From an uncultured Gammaproteobacteria bacterium (GTDB lineage Bacteria > Pseudomonadota > Gammaproteobacteria > Pseudomonadales > Azotimanducaceae), in NCBI GenBank assembly GCA_913045175.1, contig CAJWQG010000008.1:2648-66647 (forward strand): a stretch of DNA of 64,000 nt. Direction: 5' to 3'. Below, piece after piece: positions 8,849 through 16,493 of the stretch. Position numbers and translations under genes: made by a program. Within the stretch, counting starts at the first letter, position 1. The number at the start of each line of letters is the position of its first letter. The notes beneath the pieces are model-generated. The model was not told the origin of the DNA, ran no database searches, and saw nothing but the letters and a program-made list of their open reading frames with translations.

Positions 8849-9916
8849 ATGGCAGCAAATCCAGAAGTTGATCTTAAGAAAGATTACGTGATGCATCTCG
8901 AAACCACTTATAGGGTAAGTGCGCCGGATCACGATCACGTCAAAATAGAAGCAGTTCCCCAGGAGCTGGCTGACCCGGAAGTAAAACCTGATCGTTCAGA
9001 AACTGCAAAATACGGTACCGGCGATGCGGCCCTGGACAGCAAACTTGAAACCCTTAGGCTAACGACGTCAAGAACCCGGATGGATGGCATCCAAGCCTGG
9101 GTAGAGGATCCTGATTCAGCCTATTACATCAACCAGGGTCGTGGCCCGGGAAATCATAACGCCAGGTTGAAGCCGCCTACTGATGAAGAGCTTGAAAAGT
9201 TGATCGCCATCGGCGCCGGTACTCAGGGTATTCATACGGTTGTTGAGCCTGCAGACCTAGATCTTTATCGCTCATTTATTCCAGCACCGTTAGCGATGCC
9301 CGAGAAACCACTTGTAGGCGTGAGCCTGCTCGACATGAATCAGTCGGGCATGAAGCTGAATCGTTTCCAGGAAGGACGGTTCACCATCAAGGTACTGTGT
9401 CCCGATGGCATTGAGTCCTGGATGTGCCTCAGCACACCGGTACCATTCCTGCACCATACCCGTGAGGGTGTGATCTGGGGTTGGCCCAAGTATGTGGCGG
9501 ATTCGATCACCTATACCCGGGGTGAAGACACGGCGCGCGCCGCGTTCATGTACCAGGTAGAGGAGCGCTATTCCCTGGAGTTCACCGCAGGACCCGTGAA
9601 GGATGAAGAGTATCTGAAGTCCTTCGGCAAGATTGAGGGCGGTAACACGGTGACCTGGCATTGGATTCAGGGCGGTGCGGTTTGTACCAGGCAGGGTCGT
9701 GGGCCAGGTATCGATACCGGGGCACAGCCACCGAAGATTCTCGATTGGCAGGCGGGTCAGGTTAAGGTCCACGTTAGTCAATCAGACCCCTGGGCCGGGC
9801 TCATCCCTGAAGATTCAGTCACCGATGGCTGGTACCAGAAGTGGATTGGCGGCGGTGGAGGCGACTCCTATTGGGTGAAGCTGGCCACTGTCGGCGGATT
9901 ACCAGCGGAGGAGTAA
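8849..9916 (+). CDS. ADC-fold family protein with N-terminal extension, paralogue 2
   Basis: 355 aa, starting MAANPEV like paralogue 1 (MAVNPEV). It shares EGRFTIKVLCPDGIESW, REGVIWGWPKYVAD and WQAGQVKVH..KLATVGG. An AAGAGGAAG RBS lies upstream. Confidence 0.6.
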   Translation: MAANPEVDLKKDYVMHLETTYRVSAPDHDHVKIEAVPQELADPEVKPDRSETAKYGTGDAALDSKLETLRLTTSRTRMDGIQAWVEDPDSAYYINQGRGPGNHNARLKPPTDEELEKLIAIGAGTQGIHTVVEPADLDLYRSFIPAPLAMPEKPLVGVSLLDMNQSGMKLNRFQEGRFTIKVLCPDGIESWMCLSTPVPFLHHTREGVIWGWPKYVADSITYTRGEDTARAAFMYQVEERYSLEFTAGPVKDEEYLKSFGKIEGGNTVTWHWIQGGAVCTRQGRGPGIDTGAQPPKILDWQAGQVKVHVSQSDPWAGLIPEDSVTDGWYQKWIGGGGGDSYWVKLATVGGLPAEE

Positions 9917-9921
9917 TGATC

Positions 9922-9950
9922 ATTACCGGCCTTATAGTAAGGCCGGTAAT
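9922..9950 (+). terminator. Perfect 13-bp stem / 3-nt loop hairpin after the ADC-like pair
   Basis: ATTACCGGCCTTA-TAG-TAAGGCCGGTAAT begins 6 nt after the stop at 9916. There is no trailing T-run, so an intrinsic-terminator role is uncertain. Confidence 0.4.
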
Positions 9951-10001
9951 CCGTTACTCTTAGGCATACGGTAGACAAAGACGTACTAATTTATGGCGCA
10001 T

Positions 10002-10027
10002 CTCTATGGCACTACTCTATGGCACTA
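10002..10027. repeat. Perfect 13-bp tandem duplication (CTCTATGGCACTA x2) spanning the start codon of the next gene
   Basis: Read directly from the sequence. Each copy carries an ATG (10006 and 10019), and the two are in different frames. Confidence 0.9.
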
Positions 10028-11008
10028 CGCGAACTAGGCTCGATACTTCTGTATACGGGCAGTATTCATCTGCAGGAAAAGCATGTCAGTGCGATTCGGG
10101 AAGCTAACCCGGGCGTCGACTTCGTTGAGGTAGAATCCCTTGATGAGTGGGCAGATCGCAAAGCAGAGCTAGGCCCAACCCTTGAAGCCGCGGTGAGTTT
10201 CCCTTATGACCACATCACCGAACTCGCTGCCCTTCCCAATTTCAAATGGCATCAACAAACTGGTGCAGGTGCTGACTGGTTATTGCGTCACCCGGATGTC
10301 GCGGAGAGTGATGTACTGCTCACCAATGCGTCTGGCGTCACTGCGATTCCAATTGCTGAACATATTCTTGCACTGATGTTCGCTTTGGCTCGCCGTATTC
10401 CTCGTTTTACCAAAGCCCAGCAGGAGCACCAGTGGTACCCCCGTGGTCGCCTGATTGAACTTGATGGCGCGACCATCGGAGTTGTAGGACTCGGCGCTAT
10501 TGGTGAGAAGTGCGCAGAGAAAGCTCGTGGACTCAATATGAAGGTGATCGGCCTCAGACGCGATCCAACAAAAAGCTCTCCTCACGTCGACAAAATGCTA
10601 GGTCCCGATGGACTTCATGAATTGCTTGAAGAATCCGACTGGGTCGTACTCACTACCGCAATGACACCGGAAACCCGTGGCATGATTGGTGAGGCCGAAC
10701 TGCGCACCATGAAAGACTCTGCGCACCTCATCAACATTGCACGCGGAGAAGTGGTGGATGAGCCGATACTCATCCAGGCGCTGGAAGAAGGCTGGGTCGC
10801 CGGTGCGGGACTCGACGTATTTGAGCGTGAGCCCTTGCCTGAGGATTCGCCGCTCTGGGACTTGCGTAATGTTCTGATCACTGCCCACTTTGCTGGCTTT
10901 ACATTGAAGTACGGCGATCGTGTGACCGAGATTATCAATGACAATATTCAACGGTATGTGAAGGGTGAGCCGTTAAACAATATCATTGACAAGGTGCTGT
11001 GTTACTAG
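10019..11008 (+). CDS. D-isomer-specific 2-hydroxyacid dehydrogenase, NAD-binding
   Basis: 329 aa with GVVGLGAIGEKCAEKARGLNMKVIGLRR (Rossmann fold), NIARGEVVDE, GAGLDVFEREP, and HFAG. Confidence 0.8.
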   Translation: MALRELGSILLYTGSIHLQEKHVSAIREANPGVDFVEVESLDEWADRKAELGPTLEAAVSFPYDHITELAALPNFKWHQQTGAGADWLLRHPDVAESDVLLTNASGVTAIPIAEHILALMFALARRIPRFTKAQQEHQWYPRGRLIELDGATIGVVGLGAIGEKCAEKARGLNMKVIGLRRDPTKSSPHVDKMLGPDGLHELLEESDWVVLTTAMTPETRGMIGEAELRTMKDSAHLINIARGEVVDEPILIQALEEGWVAGAGLDVFEREPLPEDSPLWDLRNVLITAHFAGFTLKYGDRVTEIINDNIQRYVKGEPLNNIIDKVLCY

Positions 11009-11053
11009 GCAACGAGCCGGCGTCGGCAGCTAACTTTTCAGTTTGAGCGCGTG

Positions 11054-12697
11054 TCAGGCGCCGTGACGCAGAATCTGGCCGGCTCTTGTTCCCGTCAGTT
11101 CACCATCCTTAAGACTGATCTGACCGTTGACGATTGTCGCCTTGAACCCTTTCGATTTCTGGATGTATCGCGGTGCGCCGCCCGGAAAGTCGTTGACCAG
11201 TTCTGGCTGCAGCTCAGCAACCTCGCTAACATCGAACACGTTGATATCCGCACGCATGCCTTCCCTGATGACACCTCGGTCCTTCAGACCGATCACCCGG
11301 GCGGGGCCAGCGGTCATCTTGTGAATGGCCTGCGGCAGTGAGTAGTAGCCCGTGCGGCGATGCCAGTGCGACAACGTGAAGCTGGCCCATCCGGCATCCA
11401 TAATCTGCGATACATGAGCACCAGCGTCGCCAAGTCCCGGGTACATATGCGGGCTCTGGAACAAACCCGCCTGTTCTTCAAAACTGGAGGAAAACAAGTG
11501 GAAGTTGAACAGGCCCTTGCCGTTGGTCTCCCGCGACAGCCGCAGAAAAGTCTCGGACCAGTGCTCGCCGGCAGCATCAGCAACCTCCTTCAGACTGGTT
11601 TTATTGGCATAATCGGGAATCTCTCCCGAGCCGAGATAGAACAATCGATACATTGGTGCCTCGTCTTGCTGCCTTGCTTCTTCGACGAGTTTCCCAGCCG
11701 TTACGGTATCGTTGATCGCATCCAGCCGACCCTGAAGATCAAGTTTCCGAATCTCCTCCCAGGTGGGCCCCTGAGCTGGCAATGCGGACTGTAGGCCGAA
11801 CATAAAGCCGGAACCCCGTACGTGAGAAATCCCTGTAATGTCACGACCCTCACATAACCTGTCCAGTGCATCGGCGGAACGTTTACCGGCGCCTTCGTCT
11901 TGAGCGGTGCCAAAGCTGAACAGCACACGATTGTCCGCCGTGTCCGCCACGGCTTCGAGTAACTTGAAATCCACACCCACAAACTGCATCAGGGCATCCC
12001 TGGAACCAACAGCACTGGCGATTTTTTCCAACTCTTCGATCTTGGCAAAGGTGCCGGGTATTGATCGACCATCTGGTGCTTTGTGTGGTTCGTAACGATT
12101 GCTTGAAAAACCGAACGCGCCTGATTCAATCGCCTTGCTGACGATATCCGCCATCTGTTGCTGCTCGTCATCGTTGGCATCCTCGGCAAACGAGCGTTCA
12201 CCCATCACGTAGTAGCGAACCGCCGCGTGGCCGACCAGACCCGCAACGTTGACGGTCGTGTTCAGTTTCTCGATGGAATCGAGATAACCGCCATAGTGTT
12301 CCCAGTCCCAGGCGAGGCCGCCCAGAATTGCTTCTTTGGGAATGTCTTCTACGGTTTCCATCATGCCGGCGAGTAACTCGCGGTGTTCAGGATGGCAGGG
12401 TGCAAAGGTCATGCCGCAATTCCCAATCAGGGCAGTAGTCACGCCGTGCCAGCTGACCGGCGTCATGTCAGGATCCCAGCTCATTTGCGCATCAAGATGC
12501 GTATGGATGTCGATAAACCCCGGCGTCACGGTGTGGCCGGTTGCATCGATTTCCTGCCTGCCTTCACCTTCCACATTTCCGACCGCAGCTATCATTCCGT
12601 CTTTTATCGCAACGTCACCGGCAACAGGCTCACTGCCGGTCCCGTCAACGATGGTGCCACCGCGGATTACAATATCGTAGGTCATCAAATGCCTCAT
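11054..12697 (-). CDS. N-acyl-D-amino-acid deacylase (D-aminoacylase) family amidohydrolase
   Basis: 547 aa. YDIVIRGGTIVDGTG..GDVAIKDGMIAAVG..PGFIDIHTHLD (HxH metal site) and GLGDAGAH are typical for the family. It is a paralogue of 40684-42384. Confidence 0.8.
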   Translation of the reverse strand: MRHLMTYDIVIRGGTIVDGTGSEPVAGDVAIKDGMIAAVGNVEGEGRQEIDATGHTVTPGFIDIHTHLDAQMSWDPDMTPVSWHGVTTALIGNCGMTFAPCHPEHRELLAGMMETVEDIPKEAILGGLAWDWEHYGGYLDSIEKLNTTVNVAGLVGHAAVRYYVMGERSFAEDANDDEQQQMADIVSKAIESGAFGFSSNRYEPHKAPDGRSIPGTFAKIEELEKIASAVGSRDALMQFVGVDFKLLEAVADTADNRVLFSFGTAQDEGAGKRSADALDRLCEGRDITGISHVRGSGFMFGLQSALPAQGPTWEEIRKLDLQGRLDAINDTVTAGKLVEEARQQDEAPMYRLFYLGSGEIPDYANKTSLKEVADAAGEHWSETFLRLSRETNGKGLFNFHLFSSSFEEQAGLFQSPHMYPGLGDAGAHVSQIMDAGWASFTLSHWHRRTGYYSLPQAIHKMTAGPARVIGLKDRGVIREGMRADINVFDVSEVAELQPELVNDFPGGAPRYIQKSKGFKATIVNGQISLKDGELTGTRAGQILRHGA

Positions 12698-12782
12698 CTT
12701 GTGGATTCTGGGAGTGCCAACATAGTGGTTGGCTAGTATAAAAACAAATGTTATTTATGCCGTTATCTATAACCTTAGCTAC

Positions 12783-14294
12783 CTAGAACGGCCAGCTGAC
12801 CGGAACACCATCCACCGCAAATTCAGGCATATCCTTCGCTGCATAGGCGGGCCACAGTGGCTCAATATTCCCTTTGTTCCATTTCTCATAGCGAGTTGTA
12901 AGCCGTTCCACCATGTCCGGACGTTTTTCGACGAGATTGTTAATTTCTCCAATATCTTTGTCGAGGTCATACAGCCAGTTACGGTCAGCAGCATGGATCA
13001 ACTTCCAGTTGTCATCCCGAATTGCCCAGACTTTCCCGGCTCGCCAATAAAGCTGTTCATGGGGTTTGCCGGTGTTTGCGTCAGTGAGATAAGGAACTAG
13101 GTCGACACCATCCAGAACGCCTTCTTCAGGCAGTTTCCCTCCGGCAGCAGAAAGTGCTGTCGGGAACACGTCCAGTGAACTGACCGGGTAATGGTAGGTG
13201 GCTCCTTTGGGAATTCCCGCAGGCCATTTAATGGCGTAGGGAATGCGGACGCCGCCTTCGAACATGGTTTGTTTACCCATCCGTAAGGGTTCATTTGTAC
13301 AGTATTCGGCAACCCCGGCACCGTTATCACTCAGGAAAACCACCATGGTGTTCTCTTCAAGTCCGTTTTCTTCCAGTGCATCCAGGACCTCACCAATTCC
13401 GTCATCCAGTGCGGACGTCATTGCCGCATAGATGCGCCGCGCTTCGTCCTCGATTTGCGGAAAGCGGTCGTAGTACTTCTTCGTCACCTGAAGGGGACCG
13501 TGGACAGCCGTGTAGGGCAGGTAAAGGAAGAAGGGGCGTTCCTGATGCTTCTCGATGAAGGCTACCGCCTCCCGGGTGAAAGCTTTTGTCAGATATTCTT
13601 CCTCAATAACGGGTTCCATACCGCGTGTGATCTGAGTACGAACACTTCGCCCTTCCCATTTTCCCGTTGGTTGTTTCTGTGCCTGAGGGGGCACGTAGCT
13701 TCTGACATCCTCACGGGTCGGGTCAATGTAGTCAGTGGCGCCGGGTTCCATACCAAAGTGCTCATCGAAGCCACGGTTGATTGGATGGAATTCTTCAGCG
13801 GACCCCAGGTGCCACTTACCTACCATACCGGTCACATAGCCGGCTTCTTTCATGGCGTCAGCCAGGGTTACTTCGCCAACGGGCAATCCCGCTTTGCTTT
13901 CTTCAAAGACTAACGGCAGGAATTCATGGCCAAATCGCTGCTGGTGACGCCCGGTCAACAGTCCGGCCCGTGATGGTGAACAAACGGGACTCGACACATA
14001 GCCGTCTGTGAACAGAACCCCTTCCTCAGCAAGCCGTTTGATATTCGGTGTAGGTACCTCGTCGCAACCATACAGCTCGGTATCGCAGTACCCCAGATCA
14101 TCTACAAAGATAACAACCACATTGGGTCGAGCTGCCACCGCGCCAAAAACCTGTAATCCAAACACTTGTAGTCCAAACACCCCTGATCCAAACACAAGGC
14201 CCAGAAGCAGTTTCCAAGACGATCTCACGATAAAATTACCTGTTTCGTTAAAAGCCCGGACTATAGCATCTACGAGAACGTTCAAACGAGCCAT
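12783..14294 (-). CDS. Arylsulfatase (formylglycine-dependent sulfatase), secreted
   Basis: 503 aa with VVIFVDDLGY and the CSPSRAGLLTGR (C-x-P-x-R) formylglycine motif. The N-terminus is hydrophobic. Confidence 0.85.
   Translation of the reverse strand: MARLNVLVDAIVRAFNETGNFIVRSSWKLLLGLVFGSGVFGLQVFGLQVFGAVAARPNVVVIFVDDLGYCDTELYGCDEVPTPNIKRLAEEGVLFTDGYVSSPVCSPSRAGLLTGRHQQRFGHEFLPLVFEESKAGLPVGEVTLADAMKEAGYVTGMVGKWHLGSAEEFHPINRGFDEHFGMEPGATDYIDPTREDVRSYVPPQAQKQPTGKWEGRSVRTQITRGMEPVIEEEYLTKAFTREAVAFIEKHQERPFFLYLPYTAVHGPLQVTKKYYDRFPQIEDEARRIYAAMTSALDDGIGEVLDALEENGLEENTMVVFLSDNGAGVAEYCTNEPLRMGKQTMFEGGVRIPYAIKWPAGIPKGATYHYPVSSLDVFPTALSAAGGKLPEEGVLDGVDLVPYLTDANTGKPHEQLYWRAGKVWAIRDDNWKLIHAADRNWLYDLDKDIGEINNLVEKRPDMVERLTTRYEKWNKGNIEPLWPAYAAKDMPEFAVDGVPVSWPF
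14153..14212. repeat. About four imperfect tandem 15-bp units (CCAAACAC-N7) inside the sulfatase signal-peptide coding region
   Basis: Read directly from the sequence. On the minus strand they encode GLVFG-SGVFG-LQVFG-LQVFG. Confidence 0.7.
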
Positions 14295-14366
14295 ATGACG
14301 TCCGTGCTAAGCCCATGAGAAATATGCGAGTATTGCTTTCATCGAATTTGTAACGAGGATAGTTTC

Positions 14367-15377
14367 GTGAGCATTGTTGAAAACGCCGATATAGAAAACT
14401 GGATTGCAAAGGAAACGCCGGAAGAGGTGCTCGAACCGGATCTGCCTATCATCGATCCCCACCATCATCTGTGGGACCATCGGGACAGGGAGGACCCGCA
14501 TTTTCGTCAGGTGGTCTACCTGTGCGAAGAGATCAGCCGCGACATTGCGGATAGCGGCCACAACATTTCGCAGACTGTTTTCGCCCAGTGCGGCGCCTTT
14601 TACCGGGCTGACGGTCCTGAAGAAATGCGCTGCATAGGTGAGACGGAATTCGTGCATGGTATCGCAGCCATGAGCCGGTCGGGTCTTTACGGTCCTGCCA
14701 GGCTTTGTACCGGTATATTCTCTACTGCAGACCTGCGGCTGGGTGCCGAGGTTGAACCTGTTCTCACGGCACATCTTCAGGCAAGTCCAAACTTTCGCGG
14801 CATCCGTAGTCCTTTTCCAGCGGATCTGAACGACACCTTCCTGGCCGGGTTCGCTTTGCTCGAGAAATACGATCTGAGCTATGACAACTGGTCTCCCGAC
14901 TTTACTCGCCTGCCGCGTCTGGCGGATCTTGCCAACCAGTGTCCCGGGGTAACAGTTATCGTCAATCATCTGGGCGGAAAAATTGATCCCAATGCGGACG
15001 ATGAAGAAATCAGCGCCTGGAAAGGTGCGATCGATAGTGTCGCGGCGTGCCCCAATGCAGTGATGAAAGTAGGTGGCGCCCAGATGCGTATCTTTGATTG
15101 GGAGCCACCATTCCATATGCATCAGACTGACGTCCCCTGGAGCTCCGACAGGTTTCTCGAGACGCTCCTGCCTCATTATCAGTACGTGATGGAAGCCTTC
15201 GGACCCGAGCGATGCATGTTCGAAAGTAACTTTCCTGTCGATAAAGACTGTATTTCCTACAGGACGCTATGGAATCTCTTCAAGAAGATCGCGAACCACC
15301 TGGGGCTGTCGGAATCTGAGAAAACCGCGATGTTCAGTGGTACTGCTGCGCGGGCCTATCGCTTGCAGGCGCCCTGA
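14367..15377 (+). CDS. Amidohydrolase-2 (PF04909-type) family metal-dependent hydrolase
   Basis: 336 aa with a GTG start. The IIDPHHHLWD motif and family-typical length support the call. The 289-aa antisense ORF is treated as a shadow. Confidence 0.75.
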   Translation: MSIVENADIENWIAKETPEEVLEPDLPIIDPHHHLWDHRDREDPHFRQVVYLCEEISRDIADSGHNISQTVFAQCGAFYRADGPEEMRCIGETEFVHGIAAMSRSGLYGPARLCTGIFSTADLRLGAEVEPVLTAHLQASPNFRGIRSPFPADLNDTFLAGFALLEKYDLSYDNWSPDFTRLPRLADLANQCPGVTVIVNHLGGKIDPNADDEEISAWKGAIDSVAACPNAVMKVGGAQMRIFDWEPPFHMHQTDVPWSSDRFLETLLPHYQYVMEAFGPERCMFESNFPVDKDCISYRTLWNLFKKIANHLGLSESEKTAMFSGTAARAYRLQAP

Positions 15378-15424
15378 CCTTAAGGCTTGTATACTCAGTA
15401 CGGGTATACACAAAGTGAGGGTAT

Positions 15425-16492
15425 ATGAATCACATAAAGGATCACCCGATTCTGATGGCGTTCGTGGTGATCGTAATGGGCGTTGCCGGATTACTGGTAG
15501 CCACTTATGTGGAGAATCAACAGCAGACGGCGGTCTGGGGTGGCGGTGGACCAACTGTGGTCGTTACCGAGCCTGTTCGCATGCAAACCATCGTCGAGGT
15601 GATTGAGTCCCTTGGTACTGCTCTCGCGAATGAGTCAGTGTCACTGACGTCGAAAGTCACTGATACCGTACGCAAGGTCAACTTCGAAGACGGCGACTAT
15701 GTAGAAGCCGGTGCCATTCTGGTTGAACTCACAAAAGCAGAAGAAACTGCCATGCTGGCGGAGGCCCAGGCCACCCTGGACGAGACCACCCGGCAGTTGC
15801 AGCGTATCCAGAATCTGATTGACCAGAAACTTGCGTCTGAACTTCAACTCGATGAGGAACGGGCAAGGAAGCAAACCGCGACCGCCAGGTTAGAGGCGAT
15901 TCTGGCCAGGCTCGATGACCGTCTGATTCGTGCGCCGTTCAGCGGCATACTGGGCTTTCGCAACGTAAGTCCGGGGACGTTACTCACGCAGAACACGGTA
16001 GTGACGACACTGGATGACATTAACACCATTAAACTCGACTTCACGATTCCGGAAAATTTCCTGGCGGTCGTGCAATCCGGCCTTGAAGTGACCGCGAGGA
16101 GTGTTGCTTATCCGGATGAGGCGTTCAAAGGGCAGGTCACCACGGTCAACTCTCGTGTAGATCCCGTCACTCGGGCGGTTAGCGTGAGGGCGAATCTCGA
16201 TAATGAAGCCAGGCTGTTAAGGCCCGGTATGTTGCTGTCAGTGACAGTGACTCAAAGGAAGAGCGATGCCATGGTGGTTCCCGAAGAGTCCGTTATTCCT
16301 ATTCAGAGCCAGGAGTATGTATTCACGGTAAGCGCCGACAACAGGGCGGAGCGCGTCATGATCGAAACCGGTCGTCGCCGTCCGGGCATCATCGAGGTGA
16401 TATCTGGCCTGGAAACGGGCCAGGAAGTGATCACCCAGGGCGTTATCAAGATTCGGCCCGGCGCACCCGTTACACGAAATCCGGCAGGTTGA
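15425..16492 (+). CDS. RND efflux pump periplasmic adaptor (membrane fusion protein)
   Basis: 355 aa with an N-terminal membrane anchor, a coiled-coil region (LAEAQATLDETTRQLQRIQNL) and IRAPFSGILG, which are typical of the HlyD/MFP family. Its stop lies 1 nt before the permease ATG. Confidence 0.85.
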   Translation: MNHIKDHPILMAFVVIVMGVAGLLVATYVENQQQTAVWGGGGPTVVVTEPVRMQTIVEVIESLGTALANESVSLTSKVTDTVRKVNFEDGDYVEAGAILVELTKAEETAMLAEAQATLDETTRQLQRIQNLIDQKLASELQLDEERARKQTATARLEAILARLDDRLIRAPFSGILGFRNVSPGTLLTQNTVVTTLDDINTIKLDFTIPENFLAVVQSGLEVTARSVAYPDEAFKGQVTTVNSRVDPVTRAVSVRANLDNEARLLRPGMLLSVTVTQRKSDAMVVPEESVIPIQSQEYVFTVSADNRAERVMIETGRRRPGIIEVISGLETGQEVITQGVIKIRPGAPVTRNPAG

Positions 16493-16493
16493 C

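Noticed and set aside
14307-15176. 289-aa ORF antisense to the amidohydrolase-2 gene.
   Set aside because: It has no recognisable motifs, whereas the plus-strand frame carries the family-defining DPHHHLWD motif and full-length colinearity. It is a typical shadow ORF.
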